Part shown: positions 24,323-37,013 of the stretch, piece after piece | Layout of the letters: each line of letters opens with the position of its first letter | How positions within the stretch are numbered: position 1 is the stretch's first letter | Notes under the pieces: generated by a model | The model's database searches: none | Seen by the model: the letters and a program-made list of their open reading frames with translations, nothing else | Told to the model about the DNA's origin: nothing | Position numbers and translations under genes: made by a program | NCBI RefSeq assembly: GCF_964204865.1 | Contig: NC_135261.1 | Location: 7,812,001 to 7,876,000 of the forward strand | Direction: 5' to 3' | Length of the DNA stretch: 64,000 nucleotides | From: Styela clava | Taxonomy: Eukaryota

Positions 24323-26075
24323 TTTGTATTTATTTGGCTTGATAAGATGGCGGGAATGCATGCCGAACTCACTCGGAGGATTGTATATGTATTGATGGAA
24401 GAATGTAGAATTACTTGTATCCAATGACTAATGGAGTTATTAACTATCGAGAAGTTTGATGTTGACGTTTTTCGGTGTTTTTGTAGATGTGTGTTTTTAA
24501 ATGAAAACCATATACATTTAGAAATTCAACAAAAACCTGACGCTATGTGAAAACATTAAATGTCTTGCGTTATTTTTGATACATTATGTGTGTTGTTTGC
24601 CACAAGGAATGAACGACCATTTTGATCCAATACCGCACAAGTCTACAAAAACAGTCACGGTAACGGCATAAATGTCTACAAGCAATTTCATAGAATGGAC
24701 TAACAGTACAAATTTCCTTGAACATCATAATGAAATACTCATTTTTCATTCGCAATTTGACAAGAAATGAATATCCAATACGAAGCGAAGAAATTTCTTA
24801 CATTGATTTTAATAGAAATAGACCCGAGCAACTCTTGACAAACTATTGGACGTTTAGTAGATTTCTATTGAGAATTTCAATATTTATTGATTCACATTTC
24901 TCAATCTAAACATGCCAGAGAATCAGTCGAGAACATGTTGATTTTATGAAGCTGTTGACAAACACGACAATAATTTGTTCGATTGATTGGATGATTCACC
25001 GGTTTTTTAGAGTTTGTATTAATAGTTTATGAAACAAGTTCAAAATTCTTTAGACCATCTGTGTTCTAATCCTCATTTCTCAATTAAATTGAAGACCTAC
25101 TGAGTTCATTTCTATATTCTTATTCCTTCCGTATTTACTCCCATTCTGCAAGATTCCTACAAGTTACGTTACAATTATTGGCAAAATCTTTCACCTGAAA
25201 TCTAAAATTTTCAGAAAATTTACGTTCAACTCAATTTTATAAATTATATTTCGTAATGCTAAATTTTCAATACGAATAAACGAAAAATACTAAGTAATAG
25301 ATTTGTTGCATAAATCAAAGAAATGGAGAATATTGCTTCCGCTGTGATGGTCAGTGTAAAATACTTTCGTCAAAACTAGCCTCCAATCGTTTAATTGAAT
25401 TGGAGATGAGCAGAAAACATCTAATTAAATAATTGAATGAGTAAGCAAATCAAATTTAGGTAATTTAAAAACGAATATATATATTACATAATGATATGCA
25501 TTTTTCAGTTTGCGTTACATAGTTTCGGTTAGATTTGCATGTCTTCAATTCCGAAAAGGGTCATGAAGTCCTCGACTATTTTCTCTTATTCTTCTTCGAG
25601 AGCGGAACAGCTGGAAATATACATTTTTATTAGTAAAATTAGGCATGACCCAATGGTAACAAGTTACTCTCTCAATTCACTATTTTACTAATTCACTAGT
25701 CAATAATTTATCCATTTTAGGTTGAATTTTTTATGCATTCCGATTTCTCGAGTATGTTAAATAATTGTACGGAAACCTGGTAAATTGGTAATTATGGCTG
25801 ATATCGTTATGACATGAACCATATATCGGTATATTTTGGGTTTAAAATCTGATTTTTTTTTTAGCTGGAAAGTTAAGGCTACACCAGGACGTAATAAATT
25901 GAATAATCTATTAAGCCTACTTTAAGGCCTACTTTAAAATACCTCGTTATCTAATTATATACACGACATGGAATGAACGGATGAAAGGTCGTGGTTGTTT
26001 GTCAAGTTTGACACTCATTTGTTTGCTAAGTGAAGACTATCATCTTCTATTCAAATAAGTTACGGCAAATGCTAC

Positions 26076-29000
26076 TCACATTAATCGACAAAGGCAGCAA
26101 AATATCCCTCCGGTAAAGTCCAAATCAATGTCTCCACAACAGTCAAGGTCACAACAGTCAAGGTCACAACATTCAAGTTCACAACATTCAAGGTCACAAC
26201 AGTCAAGGTCACAACAATCAAAGTTGCAACATTCAATAACACAGCAACTGCAATCATTCGTCGAATCGTTCGAGCCTGTATGTACAGAGATAGTTACTTT
26301 CCAAAGAAACGTATCCCAACATGGGAGGAATATCTCCCAACGGAAGAAGTGAGCAGGGATTGTGCCTAGTATTTGTTGTAATATTACTAATAGTTTTTTT
26401 TATTTTTTCTATTATTACTATAATATTTATTCACGAACACATAATAAACTTGAACAAAAACAAGAGTGCGACTTGCGCACAACACTAGAAAAGTTTAAGA
26501 TAGTTACATGCAGGAGGGGGCGGATAAAGAGTTCCAAAATAAGCAAAAGGAGAAACTTGACAAAAAATATTGAAACACTGCGGCTTTAAAGAGACGAATC
26601 AGTGCATTAGATTGCAAAGTAGAAACATTAAATTTTAAAAAAAAACTGTATTTATAATACGTATACACACTGAAGAACCAAATGAACGCATTTTTCTAGG
26701 ATACCGTTGTTAAAATAATAAATTACTGTCGCTCTGCTCATACTTCTCAAGCTAAATCGTTGAATCAGCTGGTGGTAAATAGCAATGGCGCAGTAACAAA
26801 ATTGCATCACATATTGGAGAGGCTAATCTGTTTTTCCTCTTAAAATTTAATAAAACAACTCTAATGCAGTCTCTTTACTGACTACCCTATATTTTGGACG
26901 TATAGACAAAGGAGATTAAAGTATTTCTCATATTTAAAAAAAAAAAGCAAGGTTGTTTTTTTAACAACTGTACTGATTGTGGGATAGATTTCAATTTTGC
27001 ATTCTTTAATAGGAGAGGCTAATCTGTTTTTCCTCTTAAAATATAATAAATCAACTTTACTGCAGTCTCTTACTGACTACCCAATATTTTTGACGTATAG
27101 ACAAGGGGATTGAAGCACTTCTCATATTTTAAATTAAAAAAGAGCAAAGTTGTTTTTTCAATACCTGTACTGCTTGCGGTTGAGATTTCTATATTGCTCT
27201 CCTCAACTGAAAATAGAAGTTTGTGTTCAACATATCCAAATTAGATTCAACAATCGATAGTAAACATGCTGAAAAACTACGTCTTCAATGTTTATGTATT
27301 TACTATGCTGAGTATTTGGTACGCTCGCAGTGTGTGTACCATGTTAGTGTTAAGCCATAATTTTATTCTAATTTCCCACATTTTAGTTGTATTACGAGTT
27401 CGGGAACTGTGTGTGTTAGCCAAGTTAATATACCCTCTGTCCATAAGTTTCAGTCCCTTTACACAACTTGGTGTAAAGTAGGCGAACAAAATTAGTTACC
27501 TCCATATTGTTACACACACTTCTGGAGCGACAATTGTTTTTGTTTACTTGGTTTTTCATATGAAAAATTCTAATCCTAATGATATTGTGTAAAATCGTTA
27601 GGTAAAAGTCAAGGTATAGTATGTTTTAAATAAGATTAATATTATGCTTAAAAGCATTACAATTCTCAGAGACATTCGTTTCCTTCTTTAACTAACAGTA
27701 ATGTTTTACTGGTCATCCAACATTCAATAACTAGCCGATTTATCGATTTTTACCCCAGGCATTCGATTTGCAATACTAATTCAACCCAACATAAAAATTC
27801 AAAATAACATTTCGGATTCACCTTTGCAATTTTCACAAATATTAGCTTTATTCTTGTGATGAACTCCGGCACCCAAGCATTCGGCGCAAAAAGCTCTCTT
27901 GCATTTGTTACAAAAGCTGACAAAAATAAAATTTGAGGATGTTTTTATAGCAAGGACAAAAATAAGTTTCAATCAGTAGGTTTTATATCTCAATTGTTAT
28001 ATAAAGTCCGAGTCGTATTCTTCTGATCAATATCCCTTGCCCAAAATTAGATTTATTCAGTCTTGCTAAATGGCATTCCATTTTCGCCAAGTCATGTCCG
28101 ATATAAGCCAAGTGGTTTTAGGAATTGGATATTTTAAGAATAAGAATTATGTATCGTAAAGTAATCGATATTTTTGTCTCTGTCCATCTCGAGTCAGTTC
28201 CGAGTCTTCATATCACGGTATACGTCAAAGAAAAATTATCGAGCAAATGTATCATAATTGGACTAGTCATTCAGTCGCGATAAAGAATAAAAATAAAAAA
28301 TTTCACTCGAGGTATCTCTTTTCTTCTTTGGCTCTCAAGCTATTTCTAATATGCTAATATTCAATTAATTATCTTTTATTTGTTTTAATTTTACTTACTG
28401 AACCATTCCTTTAAATTTCTCTGTACATCGGCAGCATCTTGGTGCCGAGTATCCAATTTCAGCCTCGTATTGCAGATTGCTTTGTGTTGTGTATAATGGC
28501 CATTGATGACTTTGAATACCCAGTCCCTGTAATGAACGTGTACGTCATTTGCGTGCACGAGAAAGCAAATAAAGTGAAAAGAAAGAAAGAATTGAGAAAA
28601 TTGTAGAAAAACGAACTATATGCTAAAACTAGAAGCGTTTTTAAGCAAATGAAGCATATTTTACCTGAATTTTTTTTAGGCAGCTGTCGCAAACGTTTTG
28701 AGGCTTTTCGACGGGAAGATATGGGAGGCAAATTCGATTTTTACTACATTCATCACAAAAAACATAACCACAAGCCCTGCAGTTAATCCTAAAATATCAA
28801 AAAATACCTCGATAATGAATAGCTATGTTATTTCAAAAATAAACTTTTCATTATTTTAATTCAATCACGGATTGAAAAGTGATTAAATATATAGATATAT
28901 TCTTCCGAATAATGAGATGACTGCTTGAATATCTAATTTTATTTTAATGAAACAAATTAAAAAGTATCCATATTTTCCTAAAACCAAAATAATGAAAAAT

Positions 29001-29683
29001 CATCAAGAGATAAATGTGTAAATGAACACCTCACGGAATTAATATAAAAATTAAATAAGAGTTCATCTGCCTGACAGTACAGCTGATGATATAACCTACA
29101 ATACAATATCAGTATCTTAATATAAGAAATATGCTCCTACCTTGAGTCTATGAATACTGTCTCACAATTATGGCAATTCTGTACAGAGTCTGACTGAACG
29201 AAAGGAGGTTTCTTTTCCACCAAATCTAAATTTAAAAATACAAACCAAAAATATAAAAACGAAATGAGGTAGAGAAAACATACTTTATTTTGGAATGATA
29301 TTTTATCAGTTGAGCAGTTTTTCTGATCATGGCTATGGCAGGAGTCATTTGTCACAGAAACTAAACATTCAGTCATTAAGCAAATATTAATTTCTCTTTT
29401 GCAGTGGCATGCGTAGTCAATTAAAGTAAACATGTATAGTGTTGGAGTAGAGCGAAATATGACTGGCAGACTCATCGCAATTAGAATGTTTTAGCGACCA
29501 TTCAGGTTTGAAGAACTAGTGATCGTGACATAACTAGCATCTCGCTGAGACCCGAATGCGCTAAGATATAAACCGAAAATATCTCAATTATCTTCACAAA
29601 GCACGCTTTTGGTAAGTTTTCGTGTTTATGTTCACCCTAAAAGTTTCAAACTAAACAAAATAAAACGAAATCTTACGTGGCAT
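26076..29683 (-). CDS. Tandem atypical FYVE-finger protein with acidic di-cysteine repeat and CaaX end (exons 29677-29683?, 29141-29225, 28665-28788, 28399-28526, 27822-27916, 26076-26365)
   Basis: Five exons join in phase: LVEKKPPFVQSDSVQNCHNCETVFIDSRINCRACGYVFCDECSKNRICLP..QNVCDSCLKKIQGLG...APRCCRCTEKFKGMVHFCNKCKRAFCAECL..NICENCKGTIP...(CCxxx)8...IFCCLCRLM*. The start exon is uncertain. Confidence 0.85.
26136..26246 (-). repeat. 15-bp coding minisatellite (TGTTGTGACCTTGAC) encoding CCDLD-type units
   Basis: Eight units: CCVIE CCNFD CCDLD CCDLE CCELE CCDLD CCDLD CCGDI. Confidence 0.92.
26816..27200. repeat. Diverged intronic tandem duplication, period ~196 bp
   Basis: GGAGAGGCTAATCTGTTTTTCCTCTTAAAA begins at both 26816 and 27012, and homology continues through the unit. 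Confidence 0.85.
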
Positions 29684-30344
29684 TGTTGAATATCGTTGTA
29701 TCAATATTCTGCTGTAGCGTACTAAAGTCCACTCACCCAAACCTTACTATTTTACCCTGTCTGCGTATCCTCACAGATGTCGTAGGTTATACGTACTAAA
29801 AGCAAATGTTAGGCATACCACGATTGCGTATTAGCAATTTTAAAAGTAAATTTTAATTAATAGGAGAAATGGCAATATCAAGAATCATATCATGTTGTTT
29901 GTTAAACACATCGCATTGTTGATGAATCACCACTGAAATAACTTGCAGTGTTTTTATAATATTAGTTGCCGATATTCGAGCTTCACCATTTTGTGCCTGG
30001 CTTTTCGGCCCACGCAAGCTGGAGTGCCGAGATATGTTTAGCAACATTGCGCAACGCCATTATTTCATGTTTTGTTAATGTTTCATTAAAGTATTTCGTT
30101 ATCATAATTATTAAGTGGAGGCGAAGTTAAGAGTCCCAACGCACGTTAAAATTAGGGATCGCGTTATTTTGTTTGCGTTGAAAAATTTTGAGTTAGCCTC
30201 TCCTTCATTAAAAAAAATAACAGAACAATAATAATACAACTCTACAACAATACTCTAACAATAATAATACAACAAAGGGAACTTCACTTTCATCAAGCAA
30301 TCGCGACCATCGTTCCTCGTGTTTTATCGCATCGTCCATTGTTG

Positions 30345-30579
30345 GGTACTCCCGAAGTATGTGAACCAAGATAGCGGACACCGAAACGTAGTATGTGTAG
30401 GTTGGGGTTAGGCCATAATTTCAGTTGCAAATACTACGGGAGTCACTTGGCTAATCCCTGAACTGAACTCGTAATAAAACCTAAATATGAAAAATTGGAA
30501 TAAAATTATGACCTAACCCTCTCCTGGTACACATACTACATTCCTGTGTCCGCCATCTTGGTTGACATTCGGGAGTACC
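30345..30579. mobile_element. Family A MITE (Merlin-like)
   Basis: Ends GGTACTCCCGAA ... TTCGGGAGTACC with a perfect 8-bp TSD cattgttg. Confidence 0.8.
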
Positions 30580-30870
30580 CATTGTTGCTATTATTTTGTT
30601 TTCAACAATGATACATGGCTTCCGACAGTCTACAGATGGCGGGTTTATGTCCCGAACCTATGTCATCATTAGTATATATCGAGAACGGTGAATGAAACAG
30701 TATAAGTCAATGATATGAAAATTTGCTTAGGAAATATTTACAAGTCCTGATACTGAATTCAATATTTGTATAGCTATCAATGATGGCCATATATAGGCTA
30801 TAGACTCTGAGCTCCTATAAAATCAAGAGCATTCTCATAGCGTCACTCTCAATTTGCGTTGTTTACTTAA

Positions 30871-32056
30871 CGCTTTCGCTGCCAAGCCATATTCAACATT
30901 TTTCCAAAGTTTGAGAGTCATGTTTCCAAATGGCTATATTTTTAGAACCGTTTTAACCACAAAAAAAAATTATGAAAGTTGTTTTAGTTTTTTCAGAGCT
31001 ATCTAATGATCATTTTATTTGTGTTCTATAAGGCTCGATTGAAAAAATTATAATAACATTGGCGTGGTAAATGCACATATTCTGTATAATGGAGTCCGGA
31101 AAGATGGAAAAAAATTGAAAGATTTTATCCTCGATATATGCCTTGACTTGTTAAAATCTCGCTGGCCAACTCTTCGATATATCATGATTTCAATGTTCGG
31201 ATCGACGAACAAGAACCAAATATTTTTGGAGGGGTTGTGGTGTTGCTCTTTGCCCCGCACCATGTACAAAGTACAAGTTATATCGCATAAAAATACATAA
31301 TCGTTGACAGCCCCATATCGTTGTCTACTGTTCCTTCACCTAAATTTCCTGTTTATTTTCATTCACCCAAGTTTCTTTTATTTTTGTACGTTTTATATTT
31401 TCTGGTGTTGGTACAATATACAATTGGTCACGGCATCAGGACCAAAACATAATCGCCATTTGCCGTTTAACATCATTATTGCGTTGTCGCAACTTTTTGC
31501 CCATTGCTTTGTTCTCTCTGCTGGCGCCACCATATCGCCATAATCGTGCGCTGCGTAGAAAACGTCAGTCACGTCATCAACGACGTCACCGTAATCAGCG
31601 ATCGTGCGTCGACGCGACTCGTAACCAACGCAATTTAATAATATGAAACCATGAAGATACCAATGACATCCAAAAATGGCAAACTTAATTGACTATAACT
31701 CAGCGACAAATAAAGATGTCATATTTAGTTTAGAATCGATGGAAAGATATTTAAACAGTGCACATTTTTTTTTGGCGAGTACTTTGCTCTATCTTACATA
31801 AATTACGATATAATCGCGTATGAACCAGGCATAACCAATATCGATTTTTTTGCAAAATTCTCCGGTATATTTTGCTCATTTACACAAAATTTTCAAATAG
31901 CAATTATGTATTTTTATTTGTCAGTTAGCAAGGCAATTGATTGCAATTTCTGTCGATGTGAATATTGTTGAAATTGATCCATCCAACGTCGAGATATTGT
32001 GCAAGAAAAGGAGTCAGCTGCTTCGGCCACTATAGTGGCCCGTGGCAGCGAAAGCG
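30871..32056 (+). mobile_element. Non-autonomous piggyBac element with transposase C-terminal remnant
   Basis: TTAA on both sides and a 14-bp TIR CGCTTTCGCTGCCA. From ~31055 it encodes GVVNAHILYN...LKDFILDICLDLL, a piggyBac C-terminal motif. Confidence 0.85.
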
Positions 32057-32324
32057 TTAACCCTATCTACCCTATAATGAGTGAGTGATCCACTCAGTTA
32101 GTACTTTTAAAGCGCAGGAAAGTTATCCCTTATTGCACGGGTCACCAAACTTTTTTGACCGCGGGCCAGGTATGACTCAAACTGTGTTCAAACGGGCCGG
32201 AGAAATATTTTTGTCAATGCAATACAATAAATTCACAAAAGTTGGAAATCCATTTAATTTATTCAACAATATGAATTTCACATTTCGGAAGTCTTGAATA
32301 TTAAATTCTTATTGCAGAATATAA

Positions 32325-34497
32325 CACTGGCCAACAAAAAAAAATTTTTTTCATGGTGCCTAAGATGTTTTAAACGTTTTTAGCACATTTGAGGGCGCTG
32401 ATTCCAGAAATGCTGTTACTTTTTCTCTATCAGGTCTAGTTTTTCCTCTATGGTATATCCCTCTCTGCAGGATGCCGATAGCTACAATAAAGATAGGCAA
32501 ATGAAGAAACAACATTTTTCTGTAATTTTATTGAATATATCCATGGAATCTCACCAAAATATTCACAATTGAAGCTGGAACTTGTAATAAATGCTAACTA
32601 ATAGATGTCATCGGCTATAAATTGACGTTTTACTGATTTTCTAAAATGAGGGGCCTCGGCATCATCGCGCTTGATAGACCAACAGTAGTCTGCAAGCATG
32701 GTGGAATCCCAACGACCTTGATAGCGAACTTCCATGTCGCTGATATCTTGATGGAAGCGCTCCCCTTGCTCATCGCTCACATCACCTAGATTTTCTGGAA
32801 AACGGGCAAGATGGCTATGTAAAAAATGTAACTTGATGCTCATATTTGCACCCAGTTGACGGAGACTTGTAAGTAGTGTTTCAGCAAGCTCTTTGTAGTT
32901 GGGCGCCTTCGTTTTTCCCAAAAAGAATTTTACTCCATTTGTAAACGCCGTCCAAGCCCTCAATTCTGTTCAATTCATAAAATTACAGTAAGTTACATCA
33001 TTCATTAACTTTCGAATCTGGGGTCCATCAAAAATTCCAGCTCTTAATTTTCCTGTGGTTAGACCTGGAAATTTCCTGCAAATATGTTTGAAACAGTCGC
33101 CATCTTTCTCAAGAGCCTTCACAAACTGTTTCATGATGCCAAGCTTTATGTGAAGAGGAGGAAACACAATTTTTGAACGGTCGACCAAAGGAGGAGCCAA
33201 AACATTGAGAAAGCCAGGAATCAACTCACTGCGCACAGGCCAATCTTTTTTTATCCAATGCTCTGTTCTTGCCCTGCTGTCCCACAAACACAAGAAGCAA
33301 GGAAATTTTGTGTAGCCACCTTGTAGCCCAAGGAGAAATCCAACCATTTTCAAATCGACACATATGATCCATTCATTGGTGCTATCTGTATGAAATTTTT
33401 TCCAGTGCAAATTTGATTTCATCATATTTTTCTTTGAGAGTTGTTGAATGACCTAGAGGAACTGATCCAAATAAGTTTCCATTGTGAAGAAGAACACATT
33501 TTAAACTTCTTTTGGAACTGTCTATAAAAAGGCGCCAATCTTGAGGATCATACTGTTGGACACCAAGCTGCCGCAGCAGGCCGGCAACGTTGTTACAATA
33601 TACTATGTCTTTTTCCTGAGTGAAATATGACAAGAATTCAATAGGGCGTTTTCTATAGAATGTTATGAGAGTTCCGGGCTGAAGTAGAATTTTTTCATTG
33701 AGTCTTGAAGCTAGAAGTTCAGAAGATTCTTTGAAAAGGTTGAGATCTCTAGTCAGATCATTAAGTTCTTCTTGAGAAAAAAGCTGTGGCAGTGAAGAAG
33801 GAGAAAACCAGATATCTGAAACAGTGCCCTCACTACTTTCAGTGGAGGTTTGATATTCTTCAGAGCAGGGCAATTCCAATTCGGGCAAGCCTTCAAACAC
33901 TGGAACAGGAATTTCATTGCAGTGTGGAATTGGCCTAATTGCAGACTCGAGGTTTGGATAAACCAACGATTTCCTGTTCTTCCTATTGATTCCCTTAGTG
34001 TTTATCTTGATCACCCAGCATTACTTTGAAGTAGGCAAGATAAGCAAACCTCACTAATTTACTGATCCCTTTCCTGTTGGATTGCAATGTATATTCTCCG
34101 CAAATATAGCAAAATACATTTGGATTGTTTGAACAATGTCGCCTAAGAGAAGATGTAGCCATACTTAATTTTTGCTCTAAAAATCTGCAACTCAACCAAA
34201 ACAATGCAGCCTATTTATTTCATGTCTGACTTCTATATATATAAAATGTGACTTCTATAAGGCGTGTGATGTCATAATCGTTTGGCATACATCACAATAA
34301 AAACCTACACTTTTAATTATAACGCTAAAATTCATATAGAAACGCCCCTAATTTTAAGGAAAAAAGGTATAAAATAGCAAATATTTCAAAAATTTGACCT
34401 GATGAGAAAAAACGAGTATGATTTTTGGACTCAGCACCCCCAAATTAATCTAAATCAGCGTAGAAACCTTGGGCACTAAAAAATGTGTTGGCCAGTG
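32325..34497 (-). mobile_element. Chapaev3-type (CMC) DNA transposon
   Basis: TIR CACTGGCCAACA, a 3-bp TAA TSD, and internal transposase homology. Confidence 0.85.
32598..34162 (-). pseudogene. Disrupted Chapaev3 transposase
   Basis: Motifs FCYICGEY, WRLFIDSSKRSLKCVLLHN, DLKMVGFLLGLQGGYTKFPCFLCLWDSR, LHIKLGIMKQFVKAL and SDEQGERFHQDI are split across four ORFs. An internal deletion follows DQDK. Confidence 0.85.
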
Positions 34498-34734
34498 TAA
34501 TAGATCAAGAACATCATAGCAAAACAAATACAATATGTCTAACAACTGTCCTGAGGTTAGCTGTTAACATAACAATCTGTCATGAATATCCGCATGTAAG
34601 CAGTACAAAAGCAAATGGGACTTGTACTAATGCACGTTCGACGTTTATTTTAGCATGAGAAATGTACACAGCAACAGTTCCGCGCCACGATTGTACGAGT
34701 GCATTCTTCGCAGAATCGCTGCGTGCGGTATAGA

Positions 34735-36009
34735 ATTTCAGCCTATTTTATCACAGCTATTTCTAGACAATTTTTGATTACTGCAATTAAACTACAACTC
34801 CTACGAAGGAAAAATACTGATTGACTTATTTGATTCATACTGAACATTCTGAGTCACGATCAAAAACTTACGAATAGCATTCAAAATCGCGAAAACGAGA
34901 TATTATATGAAACCACAACTGAAAATCTGGAGCGGAGCGAAAAGGTCTATTGTTAGGTCACGTTTTGCATCTTGCTGATTGGCCTATGTTACGAAATCAA
35001 CAAGGAAGTCGATGCTCGGGGAAACATTCCTTGGAAAATAATGCGCCATTTTTTCATGTTATTGTGGGCCAGATGAAAGGACACCACGGGCCGGATCTGG
35101 CGTGGTGACCCTTGCCTTATTGGGTATAATTGACCTACCTTGGCGAATATTCTCGCAAGCAAAAAAATCATATTTCATCGACTACATGAATAGGCTATCG
35201 GTTCCATTCCATCACATGTTCGAATGTGGCTCTTGAAAGCAACAGGTTGCAACGTCCTCTGCTGCGTAATCAATATTATTCCTTTCGCACCACAAAGAGA
35301 TTCTTTAGGGTCAGATAAACAGATTTTCAATTTCTACATTCATATAAATTTTCGTAAATATCATTTTCCGCCCTTTTGGTCATATTGAATAAAATATGCC
35401 AAGGAATAGCAATTGCATTGCATATCAAACGAGTGAAAAAAATAAGAATATGAAATAGTATTTCGATAAAACCAGAATCAGAAATACTGATTGAAGCTAC
35501 TGTATTTTACGGACCATAAGGCGCACTGTCAATAAATTGTTTTCCCCGACCTTTGACCCCCGAAAAATACTTCCTACACTTTCTCATTGCAAAATTTTCG
35601 GGGCTATTTTAAGAGTGCTTTTGCGAGTTGGCGCCTGTAAAATGGGGTATGTGTTTCAAACCATCATTATCATTCATCGCATACAACAATCTGTTTTTTA
35701 AAAATACCGGTAAAAAATTTCAGCCTAGTCTATCACAGCTATTCTACACTAATTTTTTAGTATTGTAAAAAATTAAAAATTCTAGGAAGACAGAGTGATC
35801 ATTGAATCATCTGATTTATATTCAAGTTTCCAAAGCACAATTGAAAACTAACGAATAGAGTTCGAAAACGCGAAAACGAGGTAATGTTTATGACCACGCC
35901 TGAAAATCTGAGTGAGAAAAGTGTGGGAGCATTGTTACGTCACATTTTGCATCTTGCTGTTTGGCCAATGGAAGAGTAAGTAAGCATGGAAGTCGATGCT
36001 CGGGGAAAA
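34735..36009. repeat. Two diverged copies of a ~290-bp repeat (34735-35023 and 35717-36009)
   Basis: Shared AATTTCAGCCTA..TATCACAGCTATT, CGCGAAAACGAG, TTTTGCATCTTGCTG and GGAAGTCGATGCTCGGGGAAA. Confidence 0.8.
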
Positions 36010-36805
36010 GTCCATACGGTAATTGAAATTTGGGGAACATATAATACTCGGAAAGCGCCGTTCAATTTTGTGGGAAAACATAGTTTTAAATCTGATGAGT
36101 TGTTCATGAAAACATATTATATAAGAATAGCCAGAGTAGCAATGTCATGATCTTCAACTTTCAGATCATGGCAAAATCAAACGAAATGTCTATGATATTA
36201 TAATCGTGAATAAAGTCATTTTACATCAAAAATGCGTTATGTTATTTCGAAAAAATTGCTAGAATACTATATCGACTACACATCACCGCACAGAATGCTA
36301 GGTTTAATGGAATCCCCAAGTCAAAGTGAGGGAATATAACCGATAGCTGGATTGAGGGGGTTTCGTTTTTTGGAATGCTGTGGTAATCACCCGTTTTGTA
36401 GGTTGCACAAGAACACATACATCAATTTCTGAAATGAAGGAACCTGTTGTCAGTGGGTTCGATTCAAAATAGAAGCCGTTGAATCCCACCACCGAATTTT
36501 AAGTTTTTGGCGACGCATTGCTAATTATTTTCAGCATAAAAAGAACAATATTCCGTATGACACCATCGATTTATGGACAATGTGGATCAGGCAGCGAACG
36601 TTTGACGACATTGTGCCGATTAGAACTAACACAAGTACAAATTGAAAGATTCGAAATCCGCATCTGTCAGTCTGCTTCGTAGGTTCATACGTGTAATTAC
36701 ATGTTAAACGCATCAACATGCAATGCAGAATATTTGATTCTACAAATCTGATTTGTTTTGAAATTTATTTTCAGTAAGGCAACAATTTTCACAAAATGAT
36801 TACAC

Positions 36806-36910
36806 GACAAAAACAATCACAGTGATTATTGATGAAAACAAATTCACCCAGAATATAAACTCCCTGTTTTCGGCGTCCGGGTTACTCTTGCTTTAGATTA
36901 CGTTGAGGAG
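36806..36910 (+). promoter_or_regulatory. Conserved proximal promoter/5' block of EGF-ZP gene A
   Basis: TATAAA at 36854. The block is conserved with the reverse complement of 45285-45389, including 39 identical bp. Confidence 0.65.
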
Positions 36911-37013
36911 TTCGCGTTGTTTCGCATCATTTGTTGATCTGTGTTCTGTAGTTGGGTTAAAGTTTTCCAATTAATTTAGAACGTTGCTGAATTTTTTTTC
37001 AAAGTGTTCGAAA

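Larger units (their letters stand above)
32136..35114. mobile_element. Non-autonomous hAT element (~0.8 kb) interrupted by Chapaev3
   Basis: TIRs CACGGGTCACCA / TGGTGACCCTTG, a perfect 8-bp TSD ccttattg (32128-32135 and 35115-35122), and GGGCCG subterminal motifs. Confidence 0.85.

Noticed and set aside
26128-26352. Plus-strand ORF with SQQSR repeats
   Set aside because: It is the antisense shadow of the CCDLD exon. The minus frame has a splice acceptor, correct phase, a stop codon and CaaX.
29284-29360. Extra 5' exon of the FYVE gene (SVTNDSCHSHDQKNC)
   Set aside because: It has good splice sites, but its phase-0 donor does not match the phase-1 acceptor at 29225. Unresolved.
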